DNA of 64,000 nt from an uncultured Acidobacteriota bacterium (GTDB taxonomy: Bacteria > Acidobacteriota > Terriglobia > Acidiferrales > UBA7541): the NCBI GenBank assembly GCA_963731155.1, contig CAVSVB010000009.1:46828-110827 (forward strand). Direction: 5' to 3'. Below the pieces are notes generated by a model. It saw only the letters and a program-made list of their open reading frames with translations. It ran no database searches and was not told where the DNA came from. Shown piece by piece: positions 50,811 to 60,822 of the stretch. The position numbers and the translations under genes were made by a program. Every line of letters begins with the position of its first letter. The stretch's first letter is position 1.

Positions 50811-52402
50811 GTGCTGATAGCCAAGCCTCGTTGCGAGGCATCATCCAGTCCGGAAATCTCTCGGACCTGCGCTGGCCTGAGTTTAGCGACTATGACAAGC
50901 ATGTGCAGAAGTTTTACGAATCCTACGGGTATTCCCTGCCGTGGATTAGGGGAATGCAACCAACTGCGCAGGCTCAGCAGTTAATTTCGGTTCTGCTAAA
51001 AGCCGAGGAAAAGGGATTGGCCGCCGAGGACTATGACGGGCCGCGTTGGGGCGACCGACTGGCGAAGCTTAAGCCCACCAGTGTGCAACCATCCGAAGCA
51101 GATGCGGTCCGATTCGATGCCGCACTCACCGTTTGCGTGATGAGATATATCTCGGACCTTCGCATTGGGAGGGTAAATCCGCGGCATCTTGATTTTGATT
51201 TCGACGTCAAGGCCAAGAAGTACGACTTGGCCGATTTCCTGAAAGAGGATGTCGTCGATTCCTCCGATGTTGCTGGCGTCCTGACGAAAGTGGAACCCCC
51301 CTATCCTGGATACCAACGCACGATCCTAGCTCTGCATTCTTACTTGGAGTTTGCGAAGGATTATGACGGGGATCACCTTCCTGCCATACAAAAACCGATC
51401 ATCCCGGGCGACTCCTATTCAGGTGTCCCTCAACTGATCAAGCTGCTCCGGCTGTTGGGCGATCTGCCCGCGGACGCGAGCATGCCCGCCGATCGAACGA
51501 TCTATGAACCTCCGCTGGAGGACGCAGTCAAGAGTTTTCAGCGCAGGCATGGCCGAACCCCGGATGGACGAATCACCGCGCAAACCCTGGCCGATCTTAA
51601 TGTTCCTCTCACAAATCGAATACGCCAGATGCAACTTACTCTAGAACGCTGGCGCTGGTTGCCCGTCAGCCTCCACTCGGCGCCCATCGTCGCGAACATC
51701 CCCGAATTTCGCCTCCGTGCATACGATGAGAACTACAAGATCGTACTGTCGATGAATGTCGTGGTGGGCAAAGCTTATGCCCACGATACCCCCGTATTTA
51801 CAGACACCATGCAATACGTCGTATTCAGGCCATACTGGAATGTTCCCTATTCCATCGCCAAAGCTGAATTCCTCCCGCGTGTCGCTCGCGATCCCGACTA
51901 CCTGGCTAAAAAGGGATTCGAGGTAGTGAACGACCGCCAGGATGTCGTCACGTCGGGAGCAGTGACGGGCGATATGCTTGCGCAGCTCCGGGCAGGGAAA
52001 CTATATATCCGGCAAATTCCAGGTCCTAAGAACTCGTTGGGACTTGTGAAATTTATCTTCCCGAATAGCTCCAACGTGTACATGCACGATACGCCCGCGC
52101 AGGAATTCTTCGCGAAGTCGCGCCGGGATTTTAGCCATGGCTGCATTCGACTGGAAAAGCCAGCCGATCTAGCCGTGTGGGTCCTACACGAGAACCCAGG
52201 CTGGGACATGGATCGCGTCCACGCGACGATGAATGGAACGCCAAATCAGCAGGTGAATCTGGCCCATCCGATTCCAGTGTTAATTCTGTATGGCACCGTT
52301 ATCGTAACGGAGGATGGAATCGTTCATTTTTACGACGACATCTACGGGCACGATGCTGCGCTCGAAAAAGTTCTTGCCAAGGGTTATCCGTATCCGGGTT
52401 AA
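50808..52402 (+). CDS. L,D-transpeptidase (YcbB/LdtD type), 5'-interrupted by IS110
   Basis: PG-binding domain AVKSFQRRHG, LERWRWLP, VVVGK, YMHDTP...SHGCIR; the first ~80 codons of ORF 50564 are IS DNA and there is no signal peptide. Confidence 0.85.
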
Positions 52403-52540
52403 TCGCCGGCGACCCCATACGAGCGACAGCGATGCTCTCAATAGTTGCCGCGCTGAACGCGCGAGGCTCGATCTTCGGAGCAGGACCATTCTGTCGATCC
52501 AATCGCAGGGGAACTGACAGCTGAGAACTGAGCGAATCTG

Positions 52541-52556
52541 CTGGCAGAAATGACAG
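52541..52556 (+). promoter_or_regulatory. Regulon box (CTGGCA-GAAA-TGACAG)
   Basis: 11/12; ~100 bp upstream of 52656; -10 at 23 nt is poor (AACAAA). Confidence 0.7.
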
Positions 52557-52655
52557 TTCCTGGAGGACGGCGCCGATGAAACAAATTGGGGGTACCTTGT
52601 TTCTTCTAATCGCACGGAGAGGCCTCAGCACATTTCAGTTCTACAAGATGAATCC

Positions 52656-53336
52656 ATGACATTTTTCGATTTCACGCGCGGTCTAGTCTTTCGCTCAGCG
52701 TCTCTGAGCTTCCTTTCGCTGGTTGTTTTGGCTGCTGTTAACGGCAAATCTGTCAAGATGATCACAAGTTGGTTCAACCCAAATTACGAAGGACATACCT
52801 TCCACAAAATTCTGGTTATCGGCGTCGCTCAAAATCTGGAGGTGCGCGCAGACTTCGAGGATAAAATGGCCGCGCAGATCGCTCGTCCGGGTATAGAGAC
52901 CATTCCCGGCAACCATATCCTGCTCCGCCCGGATCCTGATGTGAAACTTGATCTCGACTACCTTCGTGGGCAGATCCGCGACAATCATATTGACGCTGTA
53001 GTTGTCTCACGTCTGCTCAAGGTCGAAAAGAAAGTGACATACATCCCGAGCTCGACCTACATCGCCCCATATCCCTACTATTACTCTTTCTATGGATATT
53101 TAGGCGCCGTATATCCCACGGTTCACGATCCGGGCTACACGCGAGAAGATACGACAGTTAGCGTTGAGACCAACGTTTACGCCACAGGCAAACCAGACGG
53201 TGACCTAGTGTGGAACGGCGTCAGCAAGTCGTTCAATCCGAAGTCAGCGAAGAAGATGGCCGATGGCCTTGTCAAAGAAGTTCCGAAGCAGATGGAGAGC
53301 GACGGGCTGCTGCCGAAAAAAGTCCCGTCGAACTAA
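52656..53336 (+). CDS. Exported protein, DUF4136-like
   Basis: Signal peptide, KILVIG, FED, Tyr-rich loop, VETNVY, LVWNG. Confidence 0.78.
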   Translation: MTFFDFTRGLVFRSASLSFLSLVVLAAVNGKSVKMITSWFNPNYEGHTFHKILVIGVAQNLEVRADFEDKMAAQIARPGIETIPGNHILLRPDPDVKLDLDYLRGQIRDNHIDAVVVSRLLKVEKKVTYIPSSTYIAPYPYYYSFYGYLGAVYPTVHDPGYTREDTTVSVETNVYATGKPDGDLVWNGVSKSFNPKSAKKMADGLVKEVPKQMESDGLLPKKVPSN

Positions 53337-53577
53337 TGACCCACCTCATTCTGTCTCGAGAGCTCCGCTTGATGGATGCTGTGCAGTAAGATTTTTCCCC
53401 GCTAGAGCGCGAGTGTCCAGGTTTCGCCGACGAGATTTTGTCCGAAACTGGGATGCTCTTCCTGTTTGATCAGCTGATAGCCAGCTTCCTGATAAGGGTG
53501 CGCGCGGTATCAAGAACGCTGTTGGTCCACGGCACGATTGTCCGGTAGCGGGCTGAGCGCGCAAACAGCGTGCACTT

Positions 53578-53878
53578 ATCTGTCATTCCTAACAGGTCCC
53601 GCCTTTTTAACTCTCTGCTTTAATCGGCTCTGATTCTGCACAGAGAAAGATTGAATGCTGGATTCTCAGAGATTCAGATCGAATTTCGTCAGGCCCGCCC
53701 GATGGGATTGATCAATTTCAGATCGCAAACTTTCAACTCGTCGCACGTCAATGATTCAAACCCGGCCATACAGCGTTTGGAGACGTCCAGTGGAAAGATT
53801 TGAAAAGCAGGCAATAAGGCTAACAAAATCCACAAATGGACTGAAACTTTCCAGATCCAGATGTGGTCAACGGTCCGA
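53578..53878 (+). repeat. Inverted, internally deleted duplicate of the PAS gene locus including its regulon box (CTGTCA-TTCC-TAACAG, 53580..53595)
   Basis: Aligns by eye to minus-strand 47448..47333 joined to 46856..~46712; TTTAAT 23 nt after the box. Confidence 0.8.
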
Positions 53879-54042
53879 TTGACGCGCCAACCGCACAACT
53901 GGACCGCTCAAAACGGCACATGTTCGGCAATCCGAACTTGACCAGGGTAAGTCAAATTCGTTGGGCGTTGAATGGTCCATATTAAGCATTCTCGCCGATG
54001 CACTCTTAATCGGCCAACGAAGACACAAAAACTGGGTAAATT

Positions 54043-54906
54043 ATGATTCAGACCAAGATACTAGATGAAGTCAAACTTGAATCGATTTTTCATCCATCAG
54101 ATTTTTCCGCGGCCAGCGAAGTCGCCTTCGTGCACGCCCTGAAGATTGCACTGGCGGCCGGAACCAAACTTACAATGCTCCATGTCGAGGCGAGTCGGAG
54201 CGCCGAATGGCAAGACTTCCCCGGCGTCCGAGAAACGCTTGAGCGCTGGGGGCTCATCCCTAAAGGCAGCCCCAAGAGTGAGGTTGGACAGCTTGGTATC
54301 AGGGTCGCCAAAGTTCTCAGATTGAGCAAAGATCCGGTGAATGCCTGTCTCGTTTTTCTGGAAGAAAATCCTACGGATCTGATCGTGTTGGCGGTTCACC
54401 AGCATGAGGGCCGCATGCGCTGGTTGAGGAAATCTGTGGGTGAGCCGATCGCACGCAAGGCCGGGCAAATGACGCTTTTCATTCCCCACGGGGTGGAGGG
54501 TTTCGTCTCACGACAGGACGGCTCGATCTCCCTCCGGAACATTCTCATTCCGGTCACGATTAGACCCCGACCGCAACCAAGCGTGGAAGCTGCCGCGCGT
54601 CTGATCCGCAACCTCCATTTGCCTGCTGGCACGGTCACGTTGCTCCACGTTGGATCCGCTGCGGAAATGCCCTCGCCACAGCTACCCAAGGACACCGACT
54701 GGACATGGAACAGCGTGGCCAAGGTCGGTGAGCCGACTGACACTATCTTGCGAACCGCCACGGAGCTTCCTGCGGATCTGATCATCATGACAACGGATGG
54801 TCCGGATGGATTTCTCGACGCCCTGCGGGGATCCACCTCCGAACGCGTACTAAGGAAAGCGCGTTGTCCCGTGGCGAACCTGCCGGCGGGATCCATGTTG
54901 GGCTGA
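54043..54906 (+). CDS. Universal stress protein (tandem USP domains)
   Basis: IFHPSDFS, ILIPV, DLIIMTT.G, GSTSERVLRKARCPV. Confidence 0.92.
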   Translation: MIQTKILDEVKLESIFHPSDFSAASEVAFVHALKIALAAGTKLTMLHVEASRSAEWQDFPGVRETLERWGLIPKGSPKSEVGQLGIRVAKVLRLSKDPVNACLVFLEENPTDLIVLAVHQHEGRMRWLRKSVGEPIARKAGQMTLFIPHGVEGFVSRQDGSISLRNILIPVTIRPRPQPSVEAAARLIRNLHLPAGTVTLLHVGSAAEMPSPQLPKDTDWTWNSVAKVGEPTDTILRTATELPADLIIMTTDGPDGFLDALRGSTSERVLRKARCPVANLPAGSMLG

Positions 54907-55345
54907 ACTTAGAGCGACACGGTCCCCTGAATTTCGCCCGTTCCCGCCTAACTCAAAGAAGACAGGTCTGATAAACACTAACCGGACATTTGGCCTTTTG
55001 AAGGCCGCTCCGCGCGCTATCCCGTCCCCTTGAGGAACGTTTGCACCCTGCTGGTGGCAGCCTTCACTTCGGCGGCAGAAGGGACGCGATGGCGTGGGAA
55101 CATCGGAATGATTCCCGTCGGCTCCTGAATCTGCGTGTAGCAGTCATATTCACCCCTGAGCTGCTGGCCTTTGCATTGATTATTTCTTGGGATAAGCAAA
55201 CACCCGATTTTCTGGGCCGCCGAGAAGAAAGGTAGGAGTAGCAGAGGCAGGCGGAGATGTGCAGAGCTCCGCTGAGCATTCTGCCCGTACCTTCTGCCAT
55301 AGGCTTCGATGTTCCAGTCCAAATCTTTGACAGTTCAAGTTGCTT

Positions 55346-55984
55346 CTAGAACCGGAACGTTAACCCGGCAGTACCGTCGAGTTCCTTTAGAAAAACGCTG
55401 TCCCCCTTGGCCCAGCAACCAAACCAGAACGGATGACACCAGACGCCTTCGGTAGTTGTATTGATATACGTAGGCGACCACTTCGCCTGAAGACGAACTC
55501 CGAGATGCTTGCTGAAACTATATTTTACACCGCCACCGAATACCCACGCAAAGCGGGTAATGCTATTTACATGACTTCGGTTGGGAGCAAGATTGGTAGC
55601 TCCGGCACCAAAAAGGACGAATGGCCTTAGTCAGCTTTCGCGTTCCTTGAAGTGCATCACGAAGTCTCCTAGATATTGGTTGGTGCTGAGGCCGAACACC
55701 TTCTGGTCGGCGCCTCCGCTTACGGACTGAGCCAGGGTGTCGGCCTGGTTGTGGCTCCACATGAATTCGATGCCGGCGTACTTACCGATCAAGTAGCCTA
55801 CGCTGACCCCGTAGTTCAGCCCGTTCTGCACGTCGAGACGATTGTAACGGGCAGTAGAGAGATCCAGTCCAGCGTTGATTTGTCCGCCGATGGAGGGCGT
55901 GACTTCGATGCCCCTTTGGGCCAACGCCGTCGGTGCCACAATAACGGTCCAGGCGATTGCTGCCCATAAAAGTCTCGTTTTCAT
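55346..55984 (-). pseudogene. Outer-membrane beta-barrel protein with one in-frame TGA
   Basis: Signal peptide; ...KERES*LRPFVLFGAG (TGA at 55631..55633) and the frame stays open to ...GLTFRF-TAG at 55346. Confidence 0.8.
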
Positions 55985-56395
55985 TTTCACTCCACACTCT
56001 TGTTTTGGACACAGACGGTGGCTCTGTTTGCGATTCCTTGTTTTAAAGGCGCCGCCTATTGATTCTGGCGCCTTCTAAAGACAGAAAATCTTCACGCCGG
56101 TAAGAACGCTGATCGGAAACTACAATTCCGTTTTTGTTCGCGCGAAGACCTTTTGCAGTTGGTCCGTGGTATGCCGGATATGCAGTGTGCCGCACGGCAT
56201 CAAGCATCAAGCAATGGAGCTGTCAAAAGTACCAAGTAAGACGCTCGAACAAAATGATTCCGCCCGGAAGCTGACCAATTAAAACTAGCGATTGGCAAAG
56301 TTGGTCTCACGTGGACTGATTCATTCAAAGACCTGTACTCAAAATAAACGACCAATCGAGGCCGGGGAACCCGGACCGTCCATGAGGAAGGGGGC

Positions 56396-56411
56396 CTGTT
56401 AGTTTTGCCAA
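56396..56411 (+). promoter_or_regulatory. Regulon box, degenerate (CTGTTA-GTTT-TGCCAA)
   Basis: 9/12; CATCAT 23 nt downstream. Confidence 0.6.
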
Positions 56412-56572
56412 TACCGGGGCTACGGGCCCCGCAGCATCATCGTGCAATCTGGAGTCAGGGGGCCCCGGGAACTACACCAGCCCTCACCCCGAATTTTTCC
56501 GGGCCCCCTGCACTTTCGCCCAAAAGCTGCCTGGGAAACTAGCGAATGAACGAAATTGGACAGGAGCTAGTT

Positions 56573-56857
56573 ATGAAAATCAGAAGTGCGCTCGTTCTGG
56601 GGTTCGCTTTACTGTATGCGTCAACAGCATTCGCGCAGGACGATCACACGTTGGAGGTCACCGTCAATTACTCCCATGTTCACGCCAATCCGCAAAACAA
56701 TCACGTTATCCCGACCTTCTCTCTGTCCGGCAGCCATGCTGCGTTCCGGCCAGCACAGTTTGACTATCTGCTAACCCGTTTCGGCAGTGCTTTCACCGCG
56801 GGTAACAACAACCAGAGCAACTTCCGGTACCAGGCCGGAGTCCAGCTCCGTTTCTGA
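56573..56857 (+). pseudogene. Internally deleted small outer-membrane beta-barrel protein
   Basis: AGGAG RBS, signal peptide, first strand EVTVNYS, then only the last strands FRPAQFDYLLTRF...FRYQAGVQLRF. Confidence 0.7.
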
Positions 56858-57164
56858 CAAAACATTTTCCGCTCAAAGCGGCTCAGGATAAACAAGGGTA
56901 CAGCGCTCCTGGCTGTACCCTCCATCCAACGAGATCACAACGCGACGTGAAAGGAGTGAAAAGAAACATGCACGACAAGGAACGATTTCGATGCTCGGCA
57001 GCAACTTCCTCCTCACAGGGAGAAAGAAAGTTTGTATTGGAAGAGGTGTTCTGGGTTCCCGAAGGTAATTGCAGTGCCAAACACATTAATTTGCCCGTTC
57101 CACCCGAACATTGTTCGGAAGGGTCGGGCCACCCGCAAAGCCTCAAACTCCGGGACGACAGAGT

Positions 57165-57438
57165 TGTGGGCATGGGGCTGAAGGATTATTGGGTGATCTT
57201 TGTGTTCGAGAACGACAACCTCCTGACACGATTCCTCGACTCCGGCTGGCCGGGTTCAGCGCAAACAGACCTTGCGGCCAAGGCGGGTGCAGCTTACTCG
57301 GGAGCAGCCGAAGTTGCCCCGGGAGTATGGGTTTGCCAGATCACCGTGGATGGCCTCGCCCTTCAATCAACCCTGCAGCAGGGTACGCAGTTTTCTAAAG
57401 ATGCCACCTTAATAAAAGGTAGCTCAAGATCACGCTGA
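57165..57438 (+). pseudogene. C-terminal remnant of a YSC84/SYLF-related protein
   Basis: GMGLKDY.VIFVFE...FLDSGW...GVWV.QIT..GLALQ.TLQ.GT.F.KD. Confidence 0.65.
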
Positions 57439-57466
57439 ATACAGGACGAGAGCGCCCCCGTGGCTC

Positions 57467-57482
57467 CTGTCACAAATCTCAG
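57467..57482 (+). promoter_or_regulatory. Possible regulon box (CTGTCA-CAAA-TCTCAG)
   Basis: 10/12; upstream of the lipoprotein-DASS operon, but no clean -10 at 23 nt. Confidence 0.5.
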
Positions 57483-57782
57483 GAGACCGAACTCTCAAGT
57501 GGCCGTTATGGGCGCAATCGTGATTGTTCTTGGTTGAAAGGTTGTTTATGGATGGAATTCTTGTTTCTTTTTGACCTCTGCAGGCATGTTTCGCTTCAGG
57601 AGTACGGAGGGCGAGATCGAGAAGTGCGATATAGGAGGAAGTGAAAGTCGAGCACCCCCCGAGTCTACTCGTCCGATAGCAAGCAGCCGCGGGCCCAGCA
57701 AAAGGCGCGAGGCGCAATGCCGCTGGGCGTGCCGTTCGATCAGAAGATACTACGCCTCCGCGATGCTTTGAGGTTAGCACGT

Positions 57783-58376
57783 ATGGTTTCAACAGACGGA
57801 AACACAGAAGTGTTTTCTCAAGACAGCTCAGTCGTTTCATTCGGACGACAATGGGTGGCGCTTGCGCTATTGATGTTCACGGCCGGATGCAGTCGGTCGT
57901 CACCTCCTACCACGGAAACTCCTTCGTCAGGCGAGTGGCGCACATTCCAAGGTACTTGGTCCGCCTCAGGTGTGCGGCAGACGCTCAACCTCGAGCCGAA
58001 TCACCGCGCTTCGACCTTCGATCTAACCGGAGCGCTACTACTCACCGGGGATCAGGGGTTGGGAGTCGGGTTCCAGGCACGGGCCATAGGCTTAACGGAC
58101 AGTCTCGTCGGCATGCAGGGCCGGTGTGTCTGGACCGACGAGCGCGGTGACAAGATTTATAGCGAATTGAAGGGTGAGTTCGTGGCAACCGGAAATCACA
58201 TCGCTGGTACGATCCTGGGAGGGACGGGCCGTTACACCGGGGTGACCGGAGAATATTCCTTTGAGTGGCGCTTCGTCGTCGAGTCCGAGGATGGCAGCGT
58301 TAGCGGGCGCGCCGTCGACCTTAAGGGTCGGGTGCGGCTGGGCTCTGCTATGCAGCGCGGAGAACACACCCAATGA
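57783..58376 (+). CDS. Putative lipoprotein (start uncertain)
   Basis: Lipobox-like TAGC, GRCVWTD..GDKIYSEL, GGTGRY.G.TG; overlaps the DASS start (ATGA). Confidence 0.7.
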   Translation: MVSTDGNTEVFSQDSSVVSFGRQWVALALLMFTAGCSRSSPPTTETPSSGEWRTFQGTWSASGVRQTLNLEPNHRASTFDLTGALLLTGDQGLGVGFQARAIGLTDSLVGMQGRCVWTDERGDKIYSELKGEFVATGNHIAGTILGGTGRYTGVTGEYSFEWRFVVESEDGSVSGRAVDLKGRVRLGSAMQRGEHTQ

Positions 58377-59788
58377 GCGCAGGCACTACCGCCCACGGCG
58401 GCCTGCGCAAAAAAGTTCTGCCGTTTGCTCTTGCGTTTGCAATTTGGATCGCGCCGATTCCAGCCGGGCTGACGAAAGAGGCATGGCATCTCTTTGCCAT
58501 ATTTGCAGCGGCTATCGTGGCCGTCATTCTGAACTCATTTCCCCTCCTGACGACCTCGGTACTCGCGGTATCGGCTGCCGTGCTTACCCGCACGGTCGAT
58601 CCCGGTAAGGCTTTCGCTGGCTTCGCCAACGCCAGCGTGCTCCTTGTTGTCGTCGCCTTCCTCGTCGCCAACGCGGTCGTGAAATCGGGACTCGGGCGCC
58701 GCATCAGCCTCCTTGTTGTGAGCCTATTCGGACGATCCACGCTAGGGCTGGGCTACAGCATTTTTCTCACCGACGCCATGATCGCACCCGCATTTCCAAG
58801 CAATACGGCGCGCGGTGGCGTGCTCTATCCCATTATTCTTTCCCTGGCCCAAAATTCTGGCTCCAAGCCCGACGACGAGAAAACCCGCCGGATGGGTGGC
58901 TACCTCATGTTCTGCGGAATGGCCAGTCTCAGCGTCTCGTCAGCCCTATGGCTCACCGCCACTTCCGGGAATCCAATCGCGGTCTCCTTAGCGGACCGCT
59001 ACGGTGTGAAGATCAACTTCGGCTCATGGATTTTAGCAGCGTCAATTCCTATCTTGACGATGATCGCCTTGCTGCCCCTTATCCTTTATCAATTGTTTCC
59101 GCCGGGGGTGACCGACACTCCGGATGCACCGAGCGCCGCCCGCGACGCCCTGCGCACGATGGGAAAGCTCACGAGAAACGAGTGGATCGTTGCGGTGGCA
59201 TTTGCATTCATGGTCGCTGGATGGGTGATGGCGGGAACACTGAACTTGAACCTCGCGGCGGTGGCCTTCGCCGGCCTGGGTGCTCTCCTCGCAACCAATG
59301 TGCTCACACTCGAGGACATCAACCTACAGGGAGGTACCCTGGTCACCTTTATCTGGCTGGCAGTGCTCTTTGCATTGAGCGGCCAATTGAACGAGCTCGG
59401 TTTCATGGGCTACGTCGGAGGGCGGTTGACATCCCTGCTCGGTGGCATCACCTGGCCCATCGCTTATGTGGTACTCCTTGCGCTCTATGTCCTGATGCAC
59501 TACATGTTCGTCAGTCAGACGGCGCAGATCTTGGCTCTGTTCGATGTATTCCTGGGGGTCGGCGTGAAGACCGGCGTTCCCGCGCCCTTAATGGCTTTTG
59601 CTCTCCTTTTTGCCAGTAGCTACTTCTCGACGATTACTCCGCAGGGCGGCAGCCAGAACGTTATCTTCGTCGGGAGCGGTTACCTCACTCAGGGTGAGCT
59701 CTACCGGCTTGGCCTATTAACCACGGTCTTCTGTCTGCTAGTGTTCTTGTTGATTGGAACTCCGTGGTTGCTCTCCGTCGCTCGTTGA
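58373..59788 (+). CDS. DASS-family dicarboxylate/anion transporter (CitT/TtdT-like)
   Basis: PSNTARGG, HYMFVSQTA, TPQGGSQN, GSGY, ~12 TM helices. Confidence 0.92.
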   Translation: MSAGTTAHGGLRKKVLPFALAFAIWIAPIPAGLTKEAWHLFAIFAAAIVAVILNSFPLLTTSVLAVSAAVLTRTVDPGKAFAGFANASVLLVVVAFLVANAVVKSGLGRRISLLVVSLFGRSTLGLGYSIFLTDAMIAPAFPSNTARGGVLYPIILSLAQNSGSKPDDEKTRRMGGYLMFCGMASLSVSSALWLTATSGNPIAVSLADRYGVKINFGSWILAASIPILTMIALLPLILYQLFPPGVTDTPDAPSAARDALRTMGKLTRNEWIVAVAFAFMVAGWVMAGTLNLNLAAVAFAGLGALLATNVLTLEDINLQGGTLVTFIWLAVLFALSGQLNELGFMGYVGGRLTSLLGGITWPIAYVVLLALYVLMHYMFVSQTAQILALFDVFLGVGVKTGVPAPLMAFALLFASSYFSTITPQGGSQNVIFVGSGYLTQGELYRLGLLTTVFCLLVFLLIGTPWLLSVAR

Positions 59789-59924
59789 CCCGGGAATCAA
59801 AAAAGATCCGCAGGGAGCCGCGGGGCCACAGAGTGCCCATCCTCACCCCAGCTTGTCCGGCTACGCGGCTTACCCGGCAAGCTGGCTTCGGTCATCGCCC
59901 CCATATTGTGTGCAGTTCAGTAAA

Positions 59925-59940
59925 CTGGCAGTTTTCCCAG
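59925..59940 (+). promoter_or_regulatory. Regulon box, degenerate (CTGGCA-GTTT-TCCCAG)
   Basis: 9/12; TAGTGT 23 nt downstream. Confidence 0.62.
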
Positions 59941-60076
59941 TCGACGCACCGCAGCTACAAAAATAGTGTTTCGCTGAAGGACATTTTTCGGGATGAATTA
60001 CATTTTCGAGGCTCCGTACGGACGTCGAATGAAGTTGCTCCCAGAATCGTCCAGCCGGCATGGATAAGGAAAAACG

Positions 60077-60697
60077 ATGACACACAACAATCCTGGCAAA
60101 TCAAAGATTCGTAAATACCGTTATGGCGGACTGTTACTCGCTACGCTCCTACTGACAACCGTCGACCTCGCTCTTTCCGCAGATAACAAAAAGGTGGGGA
60201 CGATTGACGCTACGGCAATGGGCACCAGCACGCAGTTGGGTAAAATCGTCAACGTGAAGGTAACCATCTACGAGTTCTCCACGGACGACGACAGGCAAAT
60301 CCTCATTGAGGCCTACAAGGAGGGACAGAACCAAGGGTTGGTGAATGCGCTTACCAAGATGAAGGCCGTTGGCCGCATTGCTATCACCGGTACACTCGGC
60401 TACGACCTCAGTTTCATCCGTGTGATCCCTACACCAACGGGCCGCAAGATTCGCTTCGTTACCAACCGACTGCTCAGATTCGGTGAAACTTATTACAACA
60501 CCCAAACCACTGCCTACAACTTGACTGCGGGCGAGATCGACCTTAACGATTCCGACAAGGATAAGAGCGCCGGCGTTCTTTTCCCCGCTGCACAGCTGGT
60601 CCTTAACAAGGAGGGACAGCTTGAGTTCCAGCTGAATCAAAATGCTTGGAAGCTCGTTAACATTATCGATTGGGATAAGTCTGGCACTCTGCAGTAG
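60077..60697 (+). CDS. Conserved hypothetical exported protein
   Basis: AGGA RBS, signal peptide, GRKIRFVTNR, GVLFPAA. Confidence 0.78.
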   Translation: MTHNNPGKSKIRKYRYGGLLLATLLLTTVDLALSADNKKVGTIDATAMGTSTQLGKIVNVKVTIYEFSTDDDRQILIEAYKEGQNQGLVNALTKMKAVGRIAITGTLGYDLSFIRVIPTPTGRKIRFVTNRLLRFGETYYNTQTTAYNLTAGEIDLNDSDKDKSAGVLFPAAQLVLNKEGQLEFQLNQNAWKLVNIIDWDKSGTLQ

Positions 60698-60822
60698 GGA
60701 TGTTTGAATCGTTCGGGTTTCTGACCGCAGTTATTGTCCGGCGGAAGCGGTTACCGGAAGAGTTAGTGCGAGTTTCTACTGCGCAAAGTCGTTATTAGTT
60801 GTCTTTCCTGAGGAGGTGTTCA

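Noticed and set aside
55631-55633. Selenocysteine recoding of the in-frame TGA
   Set aside because: Position fits Arg in a barrel turn; no SECIS-like hairpin or redox motif recognised
56220-56235. Weak box CTGTCA-AAAG-TACCAA, and half-sites at 30513, 52515 and 55328
   Set aside because: Only one good half-site and weak or absent -10 spacing support
125-59940. Reading the repeated palindrome as CRISPR repeats, REP elements, attC sites or plain -35 TTGACA
   Set aside because: Irregular spacing, no cas or integrase gene, conserved dyad symmetry, promoter-only location, and a 23-nt rather than 17-nt distance to the -10
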